Positions 20,901 to 34,600 of a stretch of 64,000 bases of DNA are shown here, piece after piece. The notes beneath the pieces are model-generated. The model was given only the letters and a program-made list of their open reading frames with translations, did not search any database and was not told where the DNA came from. The stretch is from Hormiphora californensis (taxonomy: Eukaryota > Animalia > Ctenophora): the NCBI GenBank assembly GCA_020137815.1, contig CM035351.1, positions 1,674,001 to 1,738,000 of the forward strand, given 5' to 3'. The position numbers were made by a program, and so were the translations under genes. Within the stretch, counting starts at the first letter, position 1. Every line of letters begins with the position of its first letter.

Positions 20901-23097
20901 CAATGCTGTATAATATCGAGGGATACCAATCAGAGGCACAACACATCCTCAGAAAATTAGGTTCGGAAAATAATCGAGGGTTATGTACTGTGGGATTTAC
21001 TAATCCAATAGTAGGTATAGCTATTATTATCAGTAAGCATCTATAAAAACACCAACCTCTAACATCGACAACCCCCAATATATTTTAGATGTTACATCAA
21101 ATGATGTCATCACATCCAGTACGGAGGCAGTCACACTAAGTTGCACGGTGATACCAATGAGTTTACAACTCAACACTTCCCTCTGGGTTTACAACGACCA
21201 AACAAACCTACAAAACTCGGTAGGCAACACATTTGGCAACGCCTTATTTAGATGCACATTTAGTCGTTGATTTTTAAACTCTCGTCCCAAAATTCTACAT
21301 TGCAGGACCTATTGGTTACTGAAAACGAGATTAAAAGTGAGATTGAGATCAGCAAAGTTGATTCCAGTACCGAGGGTCAATACGAGTGTGTCATGAACTT
21401 TGGATCGTCAGGAACGATGCGAAACCCTGTGAATCTAGACTTCATAGGTATTAATACTCATTACGTTTGGGAGAGGTTTAATTGAGCTAGGGTGTTTATA
21501 CTTCAGTCACAATTTTGACCTGAGCCCAAGCCGGGTTCGCATGAAACCACTTGAACAACTTACAAAACGAATTACTGCTGGATTGGTTTATAAATGTCCC
21601 GGGTTGAGACCTGTTATAGTTAGAAGGAGCTAGGCATACAAACACAAACGATCGTAACTGGATTTGTTAGCGCCATCATAAGATCGGATGTTGTTGTGCA
21701 GGGAGGAGGTATAATAAGATTCACCCCGACACAGTTAACAAAATCAATTCCCTCCTTCTCTCTCGATTTAGAGATCAATTCGGTGAGCTCCCAAGATAGT
21801 CAGGACGGGACGACGGTAAACTGCACCCTAATTGGATCGGAATCCGAGCCAGTTAATATTGGGTGGAATGTTGATGGACAGTTTATGACTGGTTCTAGCG
21901 ATATTCACATAGGTACAGGTAATTTTCAGCGAGCTGTGTTTCTGGTATCACATGAACATTTGCTGTTTTTAAACCCTTTCTCCCGTAATTGTTGCCTAGC
22001 TAGACTGTGTTTCGCGCGCCCCGCCCGTAAAGGAGTTTACAAGTTTACAAGTTTACAAAATTAGATTCGGGATACAATGCATAAATACAAATATACCACG
22101 TTCTCAGCATGTTGCTTCTACGTACAATGATGTGAGGGTTAGAACATAACAACGTAATTGATGAAAAGTTCCAAGTACGAACGAACAGATGATATTCTAT
22201 TTCAGAAATTTCGAAGAGCAAGGAAGCTTGGACGAGTGCACGGTTGACTGGCGACGGTTACAAACCGTCTCTTGAGTGTGTCTTTATGTTTGAAAATGGC
22301 TACACTGCTACCGCTCAACCTGCATACCAGTTGAAAGGTAAGATACACAGTCAGGTATATTGTCTGAAGTTGAAACTTAACTCGAATGTTTCTTTTCAGA
22401 TTCAGAAAGTGTGTCAGCAGTATCAATCCTCATCTTTCTGATTCTTGCCCTGGCCATTCTTTCACTAGCAGCTGGGTTTATCTACCTGAAAACCAAGAAG
22501 CCAGAATCCCTGAACCGGATCACATCTAGTGTCAAGGAGTCAACTCTAAAGAGGATCAGAAGACGGAGGGAGGATACAGATATTGAGGATGAGAGATATG
22601 ACATGGCTCCGGATGATAGGATTAAACTACCAGTGATCGCAGAAACCAGCCCAACTCAAAGTTCCATTTATGATACCTGGGATGTGTTTAGCGAGACATA
22701 CCAGAACCAATCTGTTGCACACAGCCCGGGACAACCTATTGCTCCTCAACAGATGTCAGAACCATTAGCTACCTACCAAAACCAGGTCCCAGCAGTTGCT
22801 GCGGCTGTCTACCAAAATCAAGAGACCTCCTCCCCAGAATTACCGAACTATGCCAATATGCCAGCTTCATCCCCTGATTCACCAAGCTACACTAACCAAG
22901 AGGAGGGAGTAGTGTATCAGAATGAGCTATTCTCAGATCATGGGGTGTTGTCAGGCAATGGTCGAACACCCGAAGAGGAGGAGATTCTATCAGCACCGAT
23001 TGCAGAATACGCCAGTTCAGAATCACAAAGTGTGGTAGCCGAGAGTGTGCTGTATGACAACCCCGTTGTCAGTTACTCAAACATCCTTGACAATTAA
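17979..23097 (+). CDS. Module/isoform B: LamG/pentraxin-like-CCP-like-multiple Ig-like-TM-~200-aa YxN-rich tail; no ATG or signal exon of its own
   Basis: Exons 17979-18124 (LIGFWKFNE), 18198-18492, 18594-18731, 18805-18963, 19096-19206, 19296-19460 (DSGTYEC), 19567-20307, 20422-20634, 20784-21014, 21089-21219, 21306-21447 (EGQYEC), 21772-~21915, 22206-22337, 22400-23097 (TM ILIFLILALAILSLAAGFIYL). Homologous to module A (FTIIL..LQWENYYF vs FTLVF..VTWDSYYF; CKYDD..W.G..PN.CD vs CKYND..WDG..PNSCD). Confidence 0.8.
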
Positions 23098-24565
23098 TGA
23101 TGTATGTTGTCAAATCCGTTGTTTCTTTGTTTCTTTGTAAAGTAAATTTGTGTCTACTGTCTTAGATGAAATACCATAAAATTCAAACGATGCAAATTGG
23201 GCGTCTACTGTCCGGTAAACATCTAATTTTTTAGTCAAGTCAAGTTTTTTTTCGGCTAATGTGTCCTTCATACTGCCAAAATTCAAACCCTGCGGTTTGG
23301 GTCGACCGTCCAGAAATCAAATGGCTCGTTAACAATCGAGGGTAAATTCATGATTCAAAATTTAATGGAAATTTGTCGTCCAGTGAATTAGGAGACATGT
23401 TTAAAGGAGCTATTTTTACAGAAGTAGGAAGTCATAGCAAAAATCTAAATTTTTGAAAATGTGAAAAACGGCCATCTTGAAAATACCAAACCATTTTTGA
23501 AATTTCATTTATAAGTGGCAATTTTCGCGCCGCGCAGAAGTATGCGCGGCGTGATATTTGCGCGTGACATTTTGCGTCCTTCAAATTTCTGCGCTGACAA
23601 GCACGAAATTAGCCCTATTTACATGTAACTTATTGTCTACTAAAGCTTATAAAGATCATTTTCTTAAACGTATGAATTACTTTTAGAAATATAACGACAC
23701 GTTCATTCAGGTATTCATAAAAAACATGAATTTAAAATTACAAATTTGAACAAACAACTCTGTTTTGCTCCAAACTTAGTATATCAATAACGGTTGTGTG
23801 CAGCAACAATATCTGCACTGTTTTCATCACAAGAAAATGTATCTGATCAAGCTCGTCCAATAATCCCTGTTATGTAAGGTCTTGCCCTAAACAACTACAC
23901 CTTACTAAGACGTATCTTTTCACCCGATTCTTCTAGTAAAACCACTCTTTCCCAAATACACTCCAATTAATATTATCAAGTTACCTCAGTTAGTTCCAGT
24001 TCAGACACACAGAAACACACCTTAACACACAAGTACTACTAGACAACTCTGACGAATAGACAACCTAAACTCAATACAAAAATAAAGCATACCATCGCCA
24101 GGGTATAGAATATTCCCAATATTCAATCGTCAAACCATATTCAGATATAATTTAGTAAAAACACGATACATGTAAATTCACTAGTTTCTCTATCTCTCCC
24201 TACCTCGCTTTCTAACAAAATATTGTGACAGTATAATAGCAGCCGGGGGTGTGAAAATAGTGTGTGATATATGTACAATGTGTTTACAGTCTTTTGCTCC
24301 CCCAATATAGGAAGAAGGGTAATAGGATCTCTCCGTAAAACGTCATCTGTCTATCTGGTTTATAAATCTCCTATTATTGATCTGGATATAAACGTCCATC
24401 GTGTGCAAATATAAATTTATCCTATAATATTCAATTAATTCCCCTCCCAGTAATGTCCATTAAATTCTTGTTATAATTTCATTGCTGCATCCTGTTCTTC
24501 CCCTGTGTTGCGGTATATCAGCCCCATTATCAGCTAGTACAATCTCTCTCTTGGTGTTGTGTTAT

Positions 24566-27500
24566 TCACGCATCCTTCACGATAAACCACCATTGTGATG
24601 TCTGAAAGGATAGAAAATGTTAAAATAGAGAGACAGGAACAATGATCTAACTAAACACACTACACATAATAAAGTTAGTTAGACGGATGGTAGTTAGTTT
24701 GCTTTACTACAGTTCCCCACACACTCAATTTAGTCCCCACACACACACAATATTTACCTGAGATAGTCCCCTGGAATGAATGGAGCTCCAGGGAAGGGTC
24801 GGTTTGGGTGAGGGTTCTGTCGTTGTAGGGTCATGGTATAGGGGTGTTGTTGTTGGTGTTGTTGGGGGAGTTGCTGCTGACCGGGTAGACCCATTCCTCC
24901 AAAGTTGCGAGGTAACGTCTGAGGAAGGGATGAGGGTTAGAAAAACGAAGTATTAGAGGTATATTAGAGGGATATTAGAAAGAAATTAGAGGGATAATAT
25001 TTTATCGAATAATAAGGAGATGACAGGAATCCAATGGGGAGGACAGACTAGAGAAACCAGGTTCTAACACTCATTACCACTAAATACCCCACAACATACC
25101 TGTGCATTATTGCCATTGAACACATCACTATACATGTTCTCGGTGGGGTCCCGTTGAGGGATGGTCATCTGTAACAACCTCTCATCCTCAGTTGTCATGT
25201 GGCTCCGATAAGGACTGTTACTTGCCACCTTGTCCAGCCCCTCGGGCATGATAAGGGTTGAGGTAGTGTTAGTGGAGCCTGGTCCCATTGTTTCTAGTGT
25301 CGACTTTTTCTGGGGAGGAGGAAGGGTGTTATTATTCAAGGGAAGATCCAAGATAATTTAGGGTTTATACTAGCTAGGATACTAGCTAGGAGGAAAAAAC
25401 TAATGGATGAGACAGTATTTAAACTGTTGATGAGAGATGTGGTAAATCACCACCATCACACTGTCCCAACACTTACCATGTAACTGATGGGTGTATCATG
25501 TATTATGTTATGGGAGTTAACCCGGTCTATATTCCTCTTCTTCAAACTTGAGTTACTGCCACCAGTGTTATCCCTCCGACTAGAGCTCCGTCGAGTATAG
25601 ATCATCAGGAACACTATCAGACAGATAGAGATAACAAAGAGGGAACCAAATACCAGGGCCAGGATTTTAAATAACTTGCTCTCGGATGATCCGCTATACC
25701 GGGCTTCGTTAGCACCTTTATCGCTGACTGGAGAGATGGATGTGTTTATGAAGGAGCACTACAAAACAACACATTTGTAATTGTAACCTACTAGCTAGAA
25801 TTGTAACCTACCGAGATCGACTAAGGATTTGATATGGCGAGCAAGGCAAAGACTTACTTGTAACGTTTTGACTGATTGGCTCTGATTGTCTGGGTTTCCA
25901 TGTTCCGGTAAAGGTACAGTTCCTAGTTTCCCTCTTGATCTCCTTTATTGAAGGGTAGACATCAAATGTCTTGATGGTAGTTAGTCCCTTGGAGCATTTC
26001 TCTGCAGATTCATCACATGTCGGCTCACATTCTCCCTTGTTCACCCATTTATAGGTTGAGATACGGGTGAATACATTGGATAACTTGCCCTCTATTGGAT
26101 CGTTTACACACTGGGCTGCATCACTGAAATTGAAAGGGAGTTAGATGGAGGGAGTTAGGGGGAGGGGAGTTAGAGGGAGGGTGAACTAACTAGAAATTCA
26201 AATAGAATGTTACGTAACCATCACCCACTTTACCAAATCAAATCTAGAACTCTACTCCCCCTATGACCTCTTGTAACTCTGTTTGTTTCTTGCCACTTAA
26301 TCTAAGTACCCACTAAGTACCACTACTGCAGGCAGTGATATAATCCATCACTACGTAACCCCAGATAATTCACTCACCAATCGTTCACATTACTACAGGA
26401 ATGTGAGGTCATACACCAGCAACAGTGGGGGTCTCGCTCCACAATACACTGGTTCAGTCCTGTAAAGGCTTTACACTGGGAGACAGGGAACCGAGTCATG
26501 CTCTCCGGGGAGGCGGCTATCAGCACACGATTCTGAAACAACAGACACCAGTTAGACTGGGTTTAACTAGAGCTGTGTAGTAATTTCCAAAAATTTAACT
26601 ACTTTAGTAATTTCAACCCCCCCCCCTGACTGACGCCACCAGATTGGACAAGATAAGAGCCGGGTCACACCACCACCACCACCCTGACCTCGCGCGCCCC
26701 CTGAGTCTGTTCCGCGCGCCAGTGCCAACGAGACTCTCTGAAGATTACACCAGCGCGTTACATCAGGTCACAGCACCCTTCCGCAAGTTATTAAAACAGG
26801 GGGCTTGGCTGAGACCTGATACTTTAGTCAAGGCACTGACGTCACAGGTCATAGATTACACCCTGATTACACGATATGACATCAGTCCTCAGTGTGACTT
26901 AGCCTCTCTCGAGAGGGGACATGATAAGGAGCCTGGAGCCTATCGATATACCCTGACTGTGTGCCGTAACATGTGATATCGGTACTCGTGAGTGTGTACT
27001 GAGTACTGAGTGTACTGTACTCTCTCTCTTTCTTACCTCACTGTTGGTAAACTTGAGCATGGTAACGGGTGAGTGAGTATCAGCCACCACGAACTCAGAA
27101 ATCAGGACGACTTTGTTGGTTTTGGGGGTCAGGGATAACTTTTGAACACTTCCACTGTCAGTCCCAAGATAGATCACGGTCATCTGTCCTATATTATCCG
27201 TCAGGATAGATGTGAACCTGAGAGAGAGAGAGAGAGAGAGAGGGAGGGATTATTAGCAGCTATCTATAGTGCATGGAGCTATAAGAGAGAGAGTCTATGT
27301 TTGTCCCCCCCCACCACACGAGCTAATATTATAACTAATGGCTCCCTCTCTCCACTCATTATAGGAGCACTTAGTTTCCTTGTGTTGTGAGTCTCTAGAG
27401 AGGGATAGATAGAGGGATGGATGGAGGGGATAGAGAGGAACCATGAGATTATGTGATTTCGAATAAAGAGGGATTTACGGATTTTGTCTACTGAAAAGTA

Positions 27501-27914
27501 GCCGTAATGACCCCCTCCTCTTGCATCAGAGTGTGTGTAAGGGTACACAAAAGAACGGAGGGAGGGAGACATAAAGAGAGAGAGAGACATAGAGAAAGAG
27601 AGAGAGAGATAGAGAGGGAGAGAGAAACATAGAGAGGCAGAGAAAATAAATAATTCAAACGCGAGAGGGGGCGCATTTCCGTATGTGAGTGTGTGAGAAT
27701 ACTATGGGGCCGCTGTCTCGGCTTCCTTTAGACACTCATGTGTGTTCTAGCACGTCTCTCTAGTTTTCTCCTTCTCTCTCTCCAAAAAAGAGAGTGGGTG
27801 GTCATGTGTGAAAATTGAGGGCTCACTTCTCAAGAAGTATCTCAGAACTATTCCGGATATAAAATTTACCAGGGATACCTCATTTCTGAACTTGGACGTT
27901 TGCTCGACCCTCTA

Positions 27915-27975
<61 letters not shown>

Positions 27976-28412
27976 ACAAACGTGAAACGAATAAAAGCTG
28001 ACTCAGCTCACTCAACTCATAACAATCTCAGAACCTCAAACAAACAATAAGGATAACTTACTTTTTCAGAGCGTAGTACAGGGGATATTTGGTAAGCTGG
28101 CTGACTGGGGTACTTGCTTCGAACATAGATGTCATCATCACAGGTTCCCTGGGTTTCTTGCACTGTGGAGAGTTAGTTGCGGTTAGTTACTTGGATCATA
28201 ACAAGCAGGGGGATCATTCTAGAAACAATATACCAACATTATATGGGATTATGTGTGGGATGAATTATTTCGTTTCAAGCCCTGGCAGTTATTATAGGCG
28301 TTAGGGTGGGGACGATTGGTAAAAGGCAATTTCTCTCCATCAGCCCATAGGATATAATATAACGTTTCTATTTCCGGCGATGACTGACCCTCCATCACCA
28401 ACAACAAGACGC

Positions 28413-28480
<68 letters not shown>

Positions 28481-28694
28481 TAAGAGAGAGATATGAAAGT
28501 TCATGCATGCAAGGGGGGACTTTGTTACATGTCAGCAAGGTCCCCTGTGCAAGTGAATAAAACGGGATGTTAGCCAGATTATTTTCTTCTCTTTTCTTCA
28601 AAACAACAGAAACACACATGTTTGTCTGTCTGATGTGTGGAGGTGCTGCAGAAAAGTGTGTCTTTGAAGGTGTCACCAGTGCCAATTTACACTG

Positions 28695-28726
<32 letters not shown>

Positions 28727-29440
28727 CCTCATTCTCTCTCTCACCAGATCTTTCTTTGAAGGCATTAGCAGCGAATTTTGGGAGTCGGAAAAGTTGAGGA
28801 AAATCAAATCAGGGTTTTTGGATTTTATGCAGCGTATGAATATTTAGTATTTTAATACCGAATAAATCAGCTGAGGGAGCTCTAGAAGAGCCGATACTTA
28901 GTGAAACATACTGACAGACAGACAGTTTCCGGACAGATTAGAGCTATTTGAAGAGAGGACAAGTAATCAGTTATCCATCGGCAATAGAAGCCTCTGTGGA
29001 GGACAGATGACAGATATCACTTTCACTTCACTTTCACTCTGCAATATCCCATCGTTCACACACAGAGAGGATCTGGGATTGCTTGCGATGTTGGGAGACA
29101 CATACACCACAAAGAAAGAGAGAGGAAGAGGTTGTGTCAGTGAGAGAGAGATGAAGAGGTTGTGTCAGAGAGAGGGTGGAAGGGGCACAGTTCTGAGGCA
29201 ATTTGCCAACTTACCATCTGTGTGCATGTCACCCCCCCCCCCTCTCTCCGATGAACGTTAGCAGCACCCACCCCGCCTTTTTCTCCAATATATGACCATG
29301 ATAAGGTGAAATTATTCAAGGTAGTAACTGAGTGAAGGACGTGGGAACTTCGGCAAAAGATAACATTTTATCCGCTGACTTCTGCTACTTTTTGTTGTCT
29401 TATCCCTCTCTTCCTTATATCATATTTTTCTCATAATGCA

Positions 29441-29516
<76 letters not shown>

Positions 29517-29906
29517 GGGGGGAGGGGAGAGGGGAGAGAGGGGGAGAGAGTGAAGGAAAGAAAGGAAAAAAGAAAAAGAGGGGGAAAAAAACAAAAAGAT
29601 TTTTGGGTTTACCACTCCAATAACCTGCATCCGGGGGGTTTCCCGAAGAGAGAAAAAGAGAGAAATATGCGATGGTAGGGTACACACTTGGACATTTCTT
29701 CTCGAATGGTAGCTTTTAACGGAAAACCCCGGGCAGTTCTCTCCATTTTCTTTTAAACCTTTTTCTCTTCTCTCCCCTTTCCCTCTCTCTATTCTTTTCT
29801 CTTCTTTGCTCTCTTCCCAGCCTTTTTCTTTTTCACTCCCAAATGATGCACTATCACCGATAGTTAGTATCGATGAGGTGCCATTTTAGATACAAAACAA
29901 ACCACA

Positions 29907-29943
<37 letters not shown>

Positions 29944-30555
29944 GATACTAAAACACAGATCTCTCCCAGATACTAACTACCACCGAGCACGGTACTAAAT
30001 TTAGATCCCCGGTAATTCTCTTGCAGCCAAATTTTAAACTCCCTCTATTCACACAACAAGGGGGGGGGGATGTCCTGTAAAATCTGCATGACAAGGAGTC
30101 ACGTGATCCTCTCAGATATACAGAGAGCTCCCCCTGCTAATGCTCGCTGGTGGGCAAAACCGCACATATATTGGCCACCACCCTCCCGAGACACTGTCAT
30201 GGACCAGGGAGTTAGAAAGAGAAGGATCGAGATAGAGTGAGAGAGAGAGAGATAATAATATTGCTAACATGTGTGGACACTGGTGCATATCAATACACAA
30301 CTCAGGCCGTTTCAAACTGGCATGGCGGGGATCCGGACAAGGGTCCTTTGGCAAAGGACCCTTGTCCGGATCCCCGCCTGTTTGAGACGATCTGAGTTAG
30401 CCTCAATCTTTAGTCGTCTGAAAACCCAGCAATTAAATCCATTTTGAATGAATGCACAGTTCAATTCGTCCCAACTGCCATGTTTCATAGGAATTCGAAA
30501 ATTACGGCGATGAAACACACGTCTAAATAGTGATATGAGTAGAAGTAGAGTAAAA

Positions 30556-30586
<31 letters not shown>

Positions 30587-31150
30587 GATAGAGAGAGGAA
30601 GGAGGACACAGATAGAGAGAAACTCTTTATGACGCATGGGCGTGTCACTGGCTAATTCACCAAGAGAAAGGCCCGATACAGAGAGGAAAAAGCTGAGCTG
30701 TTCTCCCCCTCTCAACCCTATTCAGCTTGCTGAAAGCTTTCAACTAACCCAGCTGTAGTACAGTAATGTAGGGGGATGTAGAACAGACTGTCCGGTGTCT
30801 AATACCAATTACTGGCCATTCAACACCATTGAAAGTTGGGACAATACTACTACCAGAGAGGAATCAGCTGTTGTTGTGGTGAGGAACTTGTACCAACCTA
30901 CTACTCACTGCTGCTCAAGAAGCTGGCGTGAAGCGGTATAAATGTACCGGGATCTCTCATCGCTATGCAGCACTCTCTTGGGAGTTGGGATGTGACACAC
31001 ACACTGCTCATAAGGATGTTTGTGACACTGTTTTTCCACACATGCGTGGGTGGGGTGCCCTTTAAAACATTTTCACTATATTTGAGTAGACTGAGGAGAT
31101 TTCGAAGAAATTGTCAGTTGAAAGATAGTACTTGCTTCAGAAGAGAGAGA

Positions 31151-31215
<65 letters not shown>

Positions 31216-31562
31216 CATAGATTAGATCCAGAATGAAATAATTAAACGTACGTCACCTTGCGACCTACTTGTTGAAGTACATGCTCTTGCACAGTACTAC
31301 ACGTGTCTCTATGAGGGGGAGAACTGTCTCTATGAACTATTTCAGGACATTATGTTCATTGTAAAACGTGTGTTGAATGGTGGTCAATAATAGCCACCAG
31401 TATAGTTTCTCCAAAGGTACTATTATCAAGAGTTTTATCACTTTTGTTCACTTGCCACTTCCAGATCTAAAACTGTAACACGCTGCATGCATTGTGAGGG
31501 CATGGGAAAGAAAGGAGCTGGCTTTATAAGAGAAAGGTGGAGAGAGAGATCAGGGAGAGAGA

Positions 31563-31641
<79 letters not shown>

Positions 31642-34600
31642 TTGGAGCAAGTCTCAAGTTGGTAATAATTGAACAATAAAACACCGGAAATATAGGCTCA
31701 CCCGGTCACCCCACGCAGGCCCAAACCTACTTCCTATTGTGGGTACAACACTTCGAGAAAAGTGTAATTTTTCCCAGATTTAAAAAGAAGAAGGTATAGA
31801 ATAAAGAAGACCTGGTGAAAATAAGGTCTGTATGTATTTCTAATATATTAGAATATATTAGAATATATAACCGACCGTGTGTCTTGAAATAATGAACTGT
31901 CATCAAATGAAAGGCATGCTAGATATATCCCTCACATCTTACTTACGTTCATCATAATATATCATCCCTATATATCTTCATTTCCTATCCTGTTCATTAT
32001 TTCATTCTCTCTCCTTTCTTTCCTCTAAATCTCTCTCTCTCCCTCTCTTTCTTTAGTTCTAATTTCTCCCTGATAGCTCATCTCATCAATGATCGTTATG
32101 GAACATCATAGAATGTTCTGGAACTGTGGTCAGTGAGCTTCTTTGTTTCAAGTATTTGGTTTTCTTTTCACATGGTTTTGTGGTAGGAACCTCCTGAGGC
32201 CGCTATCGCTTAAATCCACACTACTGTTGGAAAATTGCCAGGGCCGGAGGTAAAGTTCTCCCTCTATCTCTCACTCCGTCTCACTTTCTCTCTCTCTCCT
32301 TACCCCTCACGTGGGTTGGTAACACTGACAAATGAGCTGACGAGAAAGCTGAGTTGTATACGGATGTGAGACATATTATTATGTGTATGCAAAACAAACA
32401 TACCCTAGCTGGGGCTGGGAGCGGGCTCCAATGGGTGCCCAGCTGAGCTGCAATACACTGCCAATAGGACGTGCACCTCCTGCAATACACACTTGGAGTT
32501 GTGATAGGTAATCCGAGTATACGTGACACTTGCGTGTGATTGGTGAGCTTTACAGACGAACTAACAGTCACTAGATCATGATGATATTTTATCATGAAAA
32601 ACAAAAACATAAATATTATATCATTCAACTTACGTCGAAGGGGTATCGAGGTGACTCTTCCACCTTGGCGCCATCACTATCATATACGTAGTAGTTACCA
32701 GCAAAACTAGCGTCTATATCTTCCAATGAGTAGCTGCAGACTGCATAGCTGAAAATAGAACTCTTGATAAAAAACAAATCATCAAGAGATATTGATATTG
32801 TACTTTTTAGTATTTTAGAGGCAGGAAGAATAATATCACTCAACTATCAATGTCGATCTGAATATGAGGACAGAGTGTCTACTGTCTGTGTTGTCTATCA
32901 CTCGTGTCTTGTCTGTCATGTCTGTCATGTCTGTCATGTCTGTCATGTCTGTCATGTCTGTCTTGTCTGTCTATACTCTATATATTCTTGTCTTGTCTGT
33001 CATCCTTACCCGACAATAACGACATCAAGGTACTGGGTAAATGTAGCATAGAGTCTCTGGCTTTCTGCGTTGAATGTTGCAGAATAGACGACCTCAAAAT
33101 CAAGGTTGACCTTAGCGGAAACCTGCATCTCGCAGGTAACTTCAGTCTTAATGAACGATAGGAACATCGTATTGACTATATTCGACTGAGGGGGAGATCT
33201 GGTTAGAGGGGGTTGGAGGGATCGGGTTCTACTTGGGTTCATGGAACATGTCGGTACTTCAAACAGTGTGGATATTTGTTTGTTTGTGTGTTCGAATGCT
33301 GCGGACAACTTGTAGAGCTGTGTGAAACAGGCTCACACTTAGCTTTAATCCTAAACCATTCTCTCTCTTTGCTTTTATCAGGGTGTGAACTGCATGTCGT
33401 GTTTGCTAGTCGCGAGCGCGCTTGCGAGACAAGCAAACACGTCAAGGTTCATTAACAAGCATGCTGCTCAGTCATTTTAGATTTAATACACAATGTAAGG
33501 ATACCATGTAATAGGTGAGACTCTTGCCGTCACCCTCGTTCAAGTCCCGTGAAAAACGGAGCAGTACACGCAAACTGATGCCCATTTTCCTCGCGTGACC
33601 CCGATTACACATTTCCCCCCCCCCTTTTTCCCCCCCAAATTTTCCCCCCCCCTTGGTTTACACAATTTTTAAAAAATGTACCCCTTTTCCACCCCAAAGG
33701 ATCCGACAATTGACAACAAAAAAAAGATCTTTGCGTAGGAGTAAAAATGATGCACCTTTTTTTTTCACCCAAAAAAATTTGAATAGGGGGCTGTTGGGGA
33801 GGAGGCTGCTAGGAGGGGGCCAATAAAATTTTTAAAGTAAAATTGGACTTCTAAAGCACGCTCCCCATTTTGAAAAATTTAAAAAGGTTTTCGAAGAAAG
33901 AGAAAACCGGGAAGAGGGGGGAGGGAAAAGAGAAGAGAGAGGGGAAGAGGGGGAAAAAAGAGGAGAAAAAAGGGAAAAAAAGGGAAAGAAATTTGGGGGG
34001 GAAAAATGGGAAGTGAAAAAGGGGCCCTTTTTTTTCCATGGCTCGTTTTATTCCATTTTTAGTTTTTTAAAATTTGGTAGATAAAATTAAAAGCCTAAAA
34101 TAAGATTTTGTCAAAAAATGGGTGTTTTTAAAAGGGGTTGAAATTCCCCTAAAAAATTACCCCCCTTTCCCTTTTTTCCAGCCCCTTTTTTAAAACTTTA
34201 AATTTAATTGAAAATTTTTTTTAAAAAGTTTGCAAATGGAACACCCCTAAAAATGTTTAAACCCCTGGGGGGTGGGTTTTCCCTTCCCCCAAAAATTGAA
34301 AAACCACCTAGAGTTTTCCCCCGCGGGGTTCCTTTTTATTCATATTTCCCCCCCAAGTGGAAAATTCCCTTTTCAAACTCTTTTCCGGGGCTAAAATTAG
34401 GGTTCCAGGGCCGGGTAATGAGAAAATTTAAAGGGGGAAAAGGGGAATTTAAATTTGGGCCCCCCCAACCCCCCCGGGTTTAGCGGGCCCGGCCCTTAAG
34501 AGTTTGGGCCGAGGGATTTTAGGGGGCCAAGTATGGGGTGAGAAGGGGTTAAAATTCATTTGGGGAACCCAGGAGAAAAAATTGGTTTGTGAATAGATAT

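Noticed and set aside
23170-23760. Possible transposon remnant downstream of the receptor
   Set aside because: I could not find matching termini or a TSD.
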